Assembly: GCA_965235115.1 (NCBI GenBank)
Contig: OZ249436.1
Coordinates: 22,384,001 to 22,448,000 of the forward strand
Source: Laetmonice hystrix
Lineage: Eukaryota
Direction of reading: 5' to 3'
Length of the DNA: 64,000 nt
Part shown: piece by piece, positions 1 to 12,600 of the stretch
How the letters are laid out: each line of letters starts with the position of its first letter
Position numbering within the stretch: the stretch's first letter is position 1
The notes under the pieces: model-generated
What the model was told of the DNA's origin: nothing
The model's database searches: none
The model's input: the letters and a program-made list of their open reading frames with translations, nothing else
Position numbers and translations under genes: made by a program

Positions 1-3000
1 AGGGGGTCCAAAATATGTCCTCCAAGTCGTCCTATTGGATCTGAACTGAAAATAAATCGGCATGCAATTTGCCCCCACCATCCCTCCTCTGTACACCATG
101 CAAGTTTGAAAGGAATTCAGATTTTGTAGTCAGAGTTTTTGCGATCCACAAACATTATAATAGTACATGTACACACACAACTGTGGCAATCATTGTCCAC
201 CAATTGGCTGATGAACGACTAAAATAGCAATCTCTACTTGGCCGGATATTTATGGGGTATTTTCAGTCTAGAGGGCATACTTCGAAAGTAAGTTCAAGTT
301 ACTCCCTCAAGCTCTCTGGTAGGCATCGTTAAGATTTTGCTAGTCTTAATAAGCATACAACAGCCATCGCAATTACAGTACAATTTTTACAGGTTAACGG
401 CATGAGGTCATCAATTAAAAAACAACGTCGCGTGGTCTCGTAAGCTCACGTTTCAAATCTGTTCTAATTATTCTCTGACTCTTATAGACATAAACTCCTT
501 TCTTGCCTTTGTTCGATCATAGACCCCATGCTTTTCTTGGAAGCCGATTCCATCTCCTCAGAAAATGAAGTTAGACATTTCTCACGGCAGATGGTTCAGG
601 CGGTACTGGCATAGGATCTGAAAACGTCTTGTCTTTCTCTGATGGCCACTCTTCTGCTTGACTTGACTGAGAAGTGCTGAGTCACTGCTGTGGAGCGTGG
701 TACCGTCACACCCCTGCCCTCTCATTAATTGGTTAATTGGGGTTGAATTGGGGTGTCAGGGGGAGGTCACAGCTCGAGCGTGTTGCTCGTTAGCTGTTTA
801 TTGTGTCTGGCGTCCCGTCAGAAAGTAGTCGAGTGGGGAGCAGAGCCCTGGACCAGATAGAAACCGACCTCTTATATCAGTCACTTTGTTGGCGGCTCCT
901 CCTCCTCCTCCCCCTCCTCCTCCTCGTCATGGGGCTGATGCTCATAGTCCTGCTCATTCCACGCGACCACCTGATGCGTTATTCCTGTCCCATACCAAAC
1001 TCCTTCCTTCACTTTTCATCAAAGTTCGCAAGACTATTTTCAACATCGGCTAGTAATCAGCACGCGACGTCCGTATCGCTATCACAGGCAGCTGTACAAC
1101 TGCAGACAAACACAGATAAATCCAACCTGATTGCAAACCAATCTTCATGATCACGTTGTCTTCCCAGTAAGATTGCACGAGTGGAAAGAAACGCGATCCA
1201 ATATTGTCAGGTTAATCAAGGCGTATACGGCGGGGTGCTGGTCGAGGATCGAGTGGGACGGACGGGCGGAGGCTGACCGGCCCTCCGTCCACCTTCACTC
1301 TCCGTGCCCACCATCCGGCCACGTCCACTCGCCCAATTCCCTCATCAACTTAATGGGTCCAGGAACGACTACTGGAGAGGTCTGGCCAGGTAGGTAAATA
1401 GGCTTCAAGACCATGGCAGGCTGGAGCCTGTGGCGACTTGAAGACCGTAGTGGTCTGTCATCTGTACGTTCTCGTCGACCGGGAGCCGGTATTAGTGAGC
1501 TGCAGACCCCAGCAAGGACGGCCACCAAAGTTGTGCCAACACAGACGAGGGATGCGAGTAATTATGGCTTTGAGTCGACAGAATCCATTATATGGATTTT
1601 AATTGCACTTTGCAGTCTCCAATATTTGGGTGGAGGCCGGCAGAGCCAGAAGGCAAAGCTGCCATCATAAGAGCCATTACCTCTAATGCATGTTACTTGA
1701 AACTCGGCAGACTTTTTCCATTTGCCTCCATCAATTTTGTGGCACTTAGTGTCTGCACATTTCCGCTTCCATCCCTGCTAGCCTCCTGAGCCACGAGCAC
1801 AAGGTTCAATGGACTATACAACACACCTTTGTTTTTCCTTCGCTGGCACCACTGCGTACATACTGAACCTTTGGGTGCTGATCAGGAGCAAACCTCTCTC
1901 CTGGCGAACTGGCCTTGAATTACATTTTGATGAGATAATGCAGCTCTTGTGTTGGATCAACACGGTAGCTCATATAAACCCTGCCGCACTGAGGACGAGG
2001 GAGTGAGCAGGGAAACCATGGCGCCAAATGACCTTGATCGGTGCACCAAGAACAGCAAAATGCCATCAGCGGTCCGAACCTGCCTGTCGAAACCATGGGA
2101 GCCTGGGGGGATCGACTCGCCATCACTCTAGTCACCCATTCTCAGGCCATCTACATTAGATCTAGAGCCCCACTGCAAGCCTAGATTCATCAGCTAATGT
2201 GTTCCCTCTAACAAAAAAAATTAGGGCAATGCTCGCATTACAGATTTAACTCTCACACACACACGCACCCCCCTGACACGCATAATATTACATCATGTAA
2301 ACCGGGAAAACGAGGATGTCGCTCCTGCTACACCTGTATTTTGTTGTTTTTTCTAAGCACATCCAAATATTAATCTTCTGATGTTGATAGAAAACAGCCC
2401 GTCGTCCACCTGAGTGATTAACTTTAAACCGGGGCAACATGTCAATGACACACAAACATCAGTCAGGTTAACATCTACTACCAGCGCTGACAGCAGACAG
2501 AAGGCTCCTAGAGAAACATCGATGTTTCACATCCCTTTGATGTCCTATATGGACGCCGTTAGTGGAGCCTCTATACCTCTCTCTCGTACCGGGGCCTGTT
2601 ATTGGTCGTGCCAGTTAACAAATCAGGGCTCTGCTTAATGTACTCACTGTCGGCCTGCATTGATTACGGATAGCACGGTGGTGGCTTACATATATACGGA
2701 GTGGCAGCACTAACGACTGTAAACCTAAGTCATCAGGCCCACAGCGTATACAAACACATATATTTTTAACACAATTCAACGGCAAACTAAAGTCCTGAAA
2801 ACCTTTTCCTGTTTTCAATTACTGATGGAAAGGAATACTTTATGAAGAAGATTCAGCACATTCGGTTACAAAAATAAAAATGTATTAATGTCAGGCGTTT
2901 TGTATGCGCATATATAGTCACGTCACTGATAAACCATGCAATCAATAATCGAGCATGAGGCAATGACAGTCATTACGGTACGACCAGGAGTGCCGCAAAC

Positions 3001-3377
3001 AACAGGCTCACACCGCCAAATACCAGTGTGACCACACAAAATTACTTATGTTAATTCCTTTGGTTTTCCCACTGTTTCTCTGTCCCATAATCAGTTTTTC
3101 CTCTCATCAAATATACTTGCATATTTAAACGCATAACTGTATCTGCTGAATTACTTTTCCTAGCTGTCAGATTCCCCCCCCCCATGTTTTCCATGCCTTT
3201 TGAAGATTTTTAGACCATTTTCCTGCTTTCCACGTGATGTGGTCCCCCTACTACAGCAGTCATTCTTCTGGGCCTCCGAGATTTTCTTCTTCTTCTGGTT
3301 CGTTTTTTTTGGTGGTGATATTTAAACGATTTGTCCTGATGATCGGGACTAAAGGACAGAAAGCCAAACCGACTCAC

Positions 3378-3615
3378 CTGAAGCATTTTGAGGTCACAGG
3401 TGGCTAGGTGGTTCAACATCTTGATGGCCATGGTTGTGACGGTGATGGTGTGCTGGGGAAGTTTGGGAGGGGGCTGATCCCCCCGGGACGGGGCTCCTGT
3501 ATGTAGCAGCATTCCATACAGTAACGACATTATACCGACAATCTCCGTCACACGGAAAGTCGCCAGAAGCTGCGACGCGTCTTCTACCTTTTTGGTGTCA
3601 AATATGTACGTATTT
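3378..3615 (-). CDS. SCAPER: SCAPER exon NTYIFDTKK...LLYGMLLH...LKMLQ (last exon found in the window)
   Basis: tgcag acceptor, gtgagt donor; resembles human MLYCVLFHG...LPAFQ. Confidence 0.92.
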
Positions 3616-6600
3616 CTGCAAAAGTGAGTGGTCCATTTTAAAATAACAACGAGAGGTAAAAATAACAGGGAATGTGCTTGGGACTTTTAAATTGTTTCAT
3701 GAAATTTCTAGTAGTATCCTTGATTTTATATATTTTTGTTTGTTTGTTTGTTTTAGTTTTGGTAAAATGAGACGTTGGGCCAATTAATCCTAGTTGAGGT
3801 TTTCCTAGGTTGTGCCCCCCCCCCCGACTGACGACCCCCCGACTGACGATAAAATCCCATCATTTTTTCATGACTCTGAGCCTTGTTTTAATGATCTCAG
3901 GACACATACATCGGTCGCCAAATGTTCTATAGGTAGATAAATTTCAGGCGTTAAAACCATGACAGGGGTTGGGGGTAATTCAGTTTCCATGATTTTCGGG
4001 CCTGTATTTTATCCCTCCGATTGCCCTGGCTCTGAGCGTGTTTCGGTGTATGGTGGGGGGGGGGGGGGGCTGTATTCAGTTTCCATGATTTTCGGGCCTG
4101 TATTTTATCCCTCCGATTGCCCTGGCTCTGAGCGTGTTTCGGTGTATGGTGGGGGGGGGGGGGGCTGTATTCAGTTTCCATGATTTTCGGGCCTGTATTT
4201 TATCCCTCCGATTGCCCTGGCTCTGAGCGTGTTTCGGTGTATGGTGGGGGGGGGGGGGGGGGTGTATTCAGTTTCCATGATTTTCGGGCCTGTATTTTAT
4301 CCTCCAATTGCCCTGGCTCTGAGCGTGTTTCGGTGTATGGGAGGGGGGGTTGGGGGTATTCAGTTTCCATGATTTTCGGGCCTGTATTTTATCCTCCAAT
4401 TGCCCTGGCTCTGAGCGTGTTTCGGTGTATGGGAGGGGGGGTTGGGGGTATTAAGTTTCCATGATTTTCGGGCCTGTATTTTATCCTCCAATTGCCCTGG
4501 CTCTGGGCGTGTTTCGGTGTATGGTGGTGGGGGGGGGGGGTGTATTTAGTTTCAATGATTTTCGGGCCTGTATTTTATCCCTCCGATTCCCCTGGCTCTG
4601 AGCGTGTTTGGGTGTAGGGAGGGGGACGGGGTTGTTTTACCTGTGAGAGACCAGTTTGATCATGGCGGTGAGCAGGGCCAGACTGTGCTGAAGAAACTCG
4701 GAAGCCTGATGGTTGTCGTCGATGGAGCCCCGTACCCCGGTGAAGTACTGGGCCAACTTGTCCACGACCCCCACGCTCACGATATAACTGGAATGGGACA
4801 AACAGCAGGTCTCCAGCATCAACGTTGTCTATGGGTTCACACCGGACGTAAAACACGAATAAATACTGAATCAATGTGTATAAAACACTGAAAATGACAA
4901 CCCTCTGGACATTGGACTAAATTGGAAGTTCACTAGTATAAACAAGTTCGTAAGTGTAGGCTGTAGGCTGTGCTGTGCAGGGTCATTGACATCTTTAGAA
5001 CGGGATCCCCTACACAAAATACCCCTAACACTTAACGGCTTTTTAATTCACCTTTCAAAGTTAAAAAGTAACTAGTAAGAAGTAATGGCGAAGTTGACAA
5101 CTTCAAAATCTAGTTATCTGAAATATTTGTATTTAAAAAGGACGACTCCATATCCCGGTACGACACAGCCACAGCCCAGCCAGTATGATTGATCAAGTAT
5201 AATTGCATTGTAAATGCGTAACTCTACCTGATAATCGTTGCTTAACATCATAAAGAACACTTTGGAAGCAAAATATTGTTTGATTATCCTGCTATAGTAC
5301 GTTATACATTAGGGCAACAAGATAGGATAACTTCTTTGTAAGCTAGGAATCTCCAACTATGGATAGTCTCACCACTGGAATCCAGACGGGGCCGGAATGC
5401 ATCACTCTTTTTGCTGCACGCAAGACTAGTTTGTATCACAGTTTTTGAACTTCACAATTCCTTAATTCAACGTTGATACGAGACGGATATGATTTTTCTC
5501 AAGGTTCCTCTGATTCCGACTCTGTTATTAGGGATTAGGGATTAGGGATACTCCCGAATGAGTTTTCCTTGAAGCTCCACACCGAGTTCTGTGCACCACG
5601 TTTATCACCAGTCATTTATTACACCCATCACGATCCAGACTATACATCCTTGATTTAGAGCGCTAACTTCACGCCAGGGGAAAGATTTATCAGTAGAAGA
5701 TAAACTGACCTGACGATGTCGTTCGCCTTGTTGAGGAAGGCGTCTCCCGAGCTGGCCATGCGTTCAGCCGACGCCTCCGAGGCGCTTACCATCGGATTGT
5801 TTTTGGCCAGACAGTTGAGGATGGTGGCAATCAGCTGCATGAGGCTGCTGGCTACGGGGTCAAAGGGCAGCGGCTGGGGACTTCCTCCGTGTGTCAGCTG
5901 GGCGAAGCCGTCCGGAATCAGGATCTGACCGGGGGGGGGGGACAAATCCCACTCAACCATTAGAAAACCACGTCACAACAAACAAACAACGCAGTATATA
6001 TAACGAATGCAATGTAACCACATGAAAGCTAAAAATACGTACCTACATGTATTTGGAATATTAATTGTTTTTCCTCATCAGAAGTACTTACATTCAACTG
6101 GTGGACGAGTAGGTCGACGAGGGAGCCAATTTTGTTGGTACAGAGCATGTAGTGGCAGCTGTCGTAGCAACTTTTACAGGACAATCTGTAGACATTGCAG
6201 GCGTGGCTTAGAGACCTGGAAGTAACACAGAGTGGCTGGTGAAAACTTTTATATTAACAACTGGTGTAAGGACTTTCTCTTCAATTTAAGGAAATGTTAA
6301 ACACGAAAACTTTTACAGGACAATCTGTAGACATTGCAGGCGTGGCTTAGGGACCTGGAAGTAACACAGAGTGGCTGGTGAAAACTTTTATATCAGCAAC
6401 TGGTGTAAGGACTTTCTCTTCAATTTAAGGGAAATGACAAAAGGAAGCAAGTCCAAAAGTTCAAGTTTCGAGAAATGGACATAAACAGGTTGTCTCTACA
6501 CTGCACTTGGATGGACGTGCTTCCTTCTCTCATGTGACTGATAGCTTTATAGAAGGATGTTTAGCAGAAATGCACCCACTGATAGATAGGACTTACTTCC

Positions 6601-9600
6601 CTGAATCCAAATACTTTTACCTCTTGTATGACCATCTGTTTGTTGGCCAACATATCATAGATCCATACCTGCCAACATTTGGTCAACTCAACGCGGAATC
6701 TTCATCAAAGAGAATGACATTCCTTTTAATAACTTTGTTTCAATAACTTAATTTCTTTCTTATTAGCCTGTCAATCTCGATCTTTCCCGCTCTTTTTCTC
6801 TCTCCTTGCCAGACCAAACTTACATGTTCCCCCCCCGACAACATGGCAGTGCCCACAAACCATCTCACTCCTTGCCAGACCAAACTTACATGTTCCCCCC
6901 CGACAACATGGCAGCGCCCACAAACCATCTCACTCCTTGCCAGACCAAACTTACATGTCCCCCCCCCAGACAACATGGCAGCGCCCACAAACCATCTCAC
7001 TCCTTGCCAGACCAAACTTACATGTCCCCCCCCCCCCCCAGACAACATGGCAGCGCCCACAAACCATCTCACTCCTTGCCAGACCAAACTTACATGTTCC
7101 CCCCCGACAACATGGCAGCGCCCACAAACCATCTCACTCCTTGCCAGACCAAACTTACATGTTCCCCCCCGACAACATGGCAGCGCCCACAAACCATCTC
7201 ACTCCTTGCCAGACCAAACTTACATGTCCCCCCCCCCCCCCAGACAACATGGCAGCGCCCACAAACCATCTTTTGCTGGTGAATATGTAATATGTCCAGG
7301 TTATACGCCGAGGGCGAGGCATGAGGTGTAGGCCTATACATGGAGACATGAGGGGTGGCCGTGGTCTATCTCACTTAGTCATTACGTCGGCAGTTTGAGA
7401 AATGAATGGCGAACACCACTAAATGACGCTGGGTTCGTTGGTCCAGTTGAATACATTTGGATCTTGGACTCGTCCGAGTGGCCCCGACCGGTCATAGTAA
7501 GTCAAGTACCGTGACCGGTGTGACCACCACCTTGTCATGGTGGTGCCAATGATCAACCTTGACCGCTTTCTGCTTTGAGTTGGAATAAAAATAGACAATT
7601 TCTTGCACGTGGTTTAGCAGCGCCTCTAGTGAGCTGTATCAGAAAAGACGAGTCTGTGTATATTTTCTCATATATTTAATAAATACTTCGATGCATTACG
7701 TTTTCAATAATTCAGATAATTGAAAATATATTATTTATTATGTGCAGTTAAAGCCTTCTAGGTTCCTTACATATATTCGACGCAACTTCGGTGAGAAATG
7801 CGTTCTATCAAGCTTACACACCACTGTACATGTAGTCTACTTTACGCTATAGGAGTCGTGACAAGGGGTGGTCAATTCTCAGTCGTCTGAGATTAAAGCA
7901 ACCTGTCGCCTTGTGACGCGAGGTGGGCCAAGACAAGCGGGGGTCAACCCGGTTGTTGAGGTCCACCGATGTGTCACATCATACCGAGGTGGGCCGAAAC
8001 AAGAGGGTGTAAACGCCAGTGCTGAGGAGGTCCACCGAGGTTGATGAGGTGCACAAGCGAGTGTCGGTATTGGTAGATGTCTACCAATACCGACACGAGC
8101 GATGCTAATAGAGGTTGCCACCACTTCTGTGGTGGTGCTCGTCGTTGGGACTCGCCCGTGTCCACTCAACCATGGCGCTTCATAATCGCACCGCCAATTC
8201 GCTCATATGGTGACTAAGTGACGGGAAATATATATATTATATTCACCTTCAATGTTTTTTGTGTGTAAATTGCGTGATTCCACCATTTTGAGAAAAATGC
8301 GGAGTGCAGAATAAATCATTCAAATGCTGAAAGATTCCGCAGAATGCGAATGGGTTGGCAGGTATGCTAGAGGAGATATTTATCTTATACCCTAAATTAG
8401 GTAGACATCCTCGTTTTTCTGCGACTAAACAACCAAAACAAAACAACAACAACAAAATTACACAAAAAACGGTTAAAAGACGATCATCTTTTTCAATTCA
8501 ATGGAAAATATCCTGATTTTGCCAACAAATTTCGCAAGGAAATATATTCAAAATGAATCCTTGAATCCTATCACTTATTATCTCGACTTTGTTTCTAAAC
8601 TTAGGTTTTGGCTGACCTTAAGTTAAATATCCAATTGGTCTAACTTCCATATTTAAACGATTCAAAACTGTCGTGAGAGACATTTTATAAATATAATAAC
8701 AGCAGCACGTTAACTGAGTGGGCTCCTCATCAATTAAGATTTAACCCTAGATTAACATTCTATACATTTGTATTTCTATTCAACTTTCAATTTAAACAAG
8801 AATATTCCCCTATTTAATAGATAGACGACATAAGTGTACCAATTGTTCTTATCTTGCCGTAGCACCCGGTGGAAACCACCTGTCAATATCACATGACGTC
8901 CATGTAACTGTTATAACACATGCCCACAGAGAGTACGCTCTTTGACATGCCTCTCAGTTCGGTCTTCAATTACACTTTATTAACCTGAGATCAAGTTAGG
9001 CCAAAAAAAAAAAAATCCCGGTTTCTGGCCTGAAGAACATTTCAAAACTGGTGCGGTGACGCGTTTTTTTGTTGTTTTTTTTAAGATTTTTTTTTTGGTG
9101 ACAGCTGGCTAAAATGGTAAGCCTTATAAGAATTATCATGTAAAATAAACTCATAAACAAGGACCATGACCTTTGCTCTCATCCCTTTGCATAGAACACA
9201 CTTCCGTTGCAGTGTTAATGAAATATATATTACAACAATGGTTAGTTTCAAGCCTTACCACTAGGTGGCAGAACAATTCACAGATGAGGGCAAGAAAAAA
9301 AGCACTGATGCGCGGCATCTGAAGTGATGCGCGCGCGGACCAGAAACCGGGATTATTTTTTTTTGGCCTTATACCAAAAACACCCGCATGACAACGCATT
9401 GGTACCACTGATCGTGTATGGGGCACATGTTAGTATGATGTTGTGTCAAAGTCAACTATTGGTCTCCATGCTATGATGTCTGACGTTCTTAAATATATCT
9501 GTTCCATGTCACTGGCCGAGCCAAACTCCGGAACAGATGGGCACGGCAGGGGTGGCAGGTGAACAGGTGGCAGCAGCTGGATACCCCAACAGGTGCCCGG

Positions 9601-12600
9601 TACCGCCGATACCAGCCCGTCGCCCAGCAAACTGAGTCGGTCGCCCGACAAACAGAGCCGGTCGCCCGGTAAACAGAGCCAGTCGCCCAGCAAACTGAGC
9701 CGGTCGCCCGACAAACAGAGTCGGTCGCCCGACAAACAGAGTCGGTCGCCCGGCAAACAGAGCCGGTCGCCCGACAAACAGAGTCGGTCGCCCGACAAAC
9801 AGAGTCGGTCGCCCGGCAAACAGTGTCTTGAAGATGGTCAACACTTGCCGACAGGACGTACCCCACCCCCTCCCCCACCATCTACTTTATCCAATTGTTA
9901 TTAATATTCACATATTTTCAAGCCCCAACGGGCGGGGGCTCATCATATGATATGAGCCCAGGGACTCCCGACCATTCTCCTCATCCACAACAACTGATAA
10001 CCTGGATCGTGAAAGGTCCAAGTACCCCTACCAACTGGGCTCCCGGTGCTCCCTTTACTTTCTCCCTATATATTTTTCCTTCTTTCTTCATTGCGTCATC
10101 TGTATGTTTGTCTTGCAGTATAAGCTCCGATAACTTGAATGAAACATACCAGAAACTTGTCTGGTCCCTTATTTCTTCCAAGTTCCTACTCGACCCCAAT
10201 ATCTGTGTCCGTGGACCCCTTGCCACGTTACGAACCGACAAGGTTGACATTACCGGGGCCACGTGACGTGAGACTTGACGACTTTGTTATGCCGGTACCT
10301 GTAGATCCTTGAGCATGGTTTAAATAACCCACACTTCACAACAATATGGCACACGGTTTTACAGCGTCCCTGTGTGACACACTCTTACGCTTAATTTCCC
10401 CACCATAATCTACCATCTACCTTACAGATCGCCCCCATGCCTTTAATGGCAGCCTACAGCGAGACCGTCAGTCCCGCTTTTCGAGACCATGGTGTCAGTC
10501 CCGCTTTTCGAGACCATGGGGATTATCATAGATAGGCCGGTTCAAAAATATTTTGCACTGGGAAGTGTGGTAAAAAACCGCTGCTACTGTCTGTACCTTG
10601 AACAGAGGGTCGGGTGGCCGTTAGGTGGCGTGGTAGTCTACATCTGACCCAGTTAGCAGCCGTCATGCTGTACCCAGCTGGGACTTCTGTCAGCTGTCAT
10701 AATGTCTCATACCCCTGGTTCTAGTTACAAATGGATGTGAGTGACACTGACAGCGGACTGTCGGCACTGACAACATACTCCTCATCACCAACGTATACCT
10801 GTAAACGATACACTCGCACCGCCAACTCTGCAGTGGCGGCTAATACGATGAGACCCAATCGAAGACATACGAGGAGCACAGATGTGAAGAACAGAAGGGG
10901 TTTAAACACCTCAACCATTCAATAACACTGTGAAGGACAAACATTTCTCATTGAACATTTTCTAGTTTCTACTACTAACATCCATTACTAACACCGGCGT
11001 ATGTTATTCTAACGATGAGTGTATCAGCTTGATTCAGCTGAAAATGTATGCGTCAGTAAGATATCTTTTTGTATGAATTTCCTGGTATCTTCTCCAGTTT
11101 TGTTCCATGGGTCAACACATGTACGTCTTCGCTATTTTGTTGAAAGGTAAGACTTGCAGCACGTATCTTGTTTAAAAGAAATTGAAAAACGACATCGGTG
11201 TCTTCTTGTGGAACAGACGGTCAAATAATAAGCTGTATTTTCCTTTTAAAGATTATTTACGGACGGCGTCTGGGATTTCTCCTTTGCCCCTTTTTAATAA
11301 TAAAGTGAGAATAGTAAGAAACGCACCAAGCGCTGTCCCCGAGGGGGCAGCTTTGTTGTCAGTGTGGTCTGCACCGACCATAAAATGGGAGCACTGGTGC
11401 TCAGAGTGAACCCACGTCCCCTGCTCACTGTCACCGGCGTTCCCCTACTGGGACGCTCGTTTGAGACAAAGCCTGTAAAGTGCACCGTAAATCATAGGGG
11501 GAAGCTCCCCTTGAGGCTGCCTCCACGCCGCCTTGTGGAGGTTTCCCCCACAGAGGATGGAATGGATCAGCTGTGAAACATAACAAAAGTCATATCAACA
11601 ATAAATAAGAGATAACTATGAAGGAGGCTGCCACATCGTACCTTTTCAATAATAAACAACGTGCATCTTCTGGCTGATTATTAAAGCCTGCCATCAGAGC
11701 CGAAGTTAATGATAAATTCATGGATTTACGATCAAGGCTTGTCGTAAATCTGTTTGTGTGATGGTGTAGGATGAATGAAGCAGACGCGATGTGTGATGTT
11801 GATACTGTCATATATTGCCACTGGCTGCTGCCGACCGGACTAGACAGTCGCCTGTCACGGAACGGCTCACTGCCAGACCTCGTCAAGCGCTTGTATTGCA
11901 GGGAACAACGTTCTAAGTTAAACAATCACTTCTACTGGCGGGGCTCATTTCCGGACTTACTCAATCCCTTGAGGTGAATGGGCCTATCGCCTGTCGACCA
12001 ACCTGATAAGTTATACCTAGAATTTCACTGAGTAGTATATGAAATCGAACCAGGCAGTAGTAGTATATGAACTGGGAGTTTTGTCTCCAGGTTGTCGGGT
12101 ATCAGGTTTTAATCTAACACCCGTTGGCTAGTCCATATTATTCGCTGCCCGACTTCCGGAAACTCCAGAAAATGAAGCCGAGCTCGTGTGGGTACTTACT
12201 TTGGTGGGATGAGGTGGGGTACTTTGGTTGAAGACTTGTCAATCACCAAGAGGATACGGCTCAGAGTAGTCAGCCCACCACTCAAACGGAAGGCTGTCTG
12301 ATCGGCGGAGGACTGGAGAAAATAACACGACAATAATTACTGACAAAACAAGAATATACTCAACGTCTATCTACCCTCATCATGATGAAATTTAACGACT
12401 TCTCAGGGCTTGAAGGACTTTGAAAGGGCGAAAATTTAATTAGCCAAAGGACACGACGTTTTGTTATCCTTCAAAGGTCCCTCAAGTTTTTCCACACTTG
12501 AATGTTTTGATTGAGAAATACAATGACTGTCCTGATTCTCAAGACCCACACAAACCCTGTCGTCTCAACATTCAAACTTTCACCAGCCTCATACCATGTC

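Noticed and set aside
1..3377. Search for the remaining SCAPER C-terminal exons or Islet exons
   Set aside because: No matching exon found on either strand; presumed to lie beyond the window
5528..5550. Telomere-like ttaggga x3
   Set aside because: Too short, and the 7-bp period is not a telomeric array
6740..7349. Overlapping ORFs in several frames
   Set aside because: Produced by the ~65-bp minisatellite
9430..9904. SR-like repeat ORF (SRSPDKQ)n
   Set aside because: 21-bp minisatellite open in multiple frames, with no exon support
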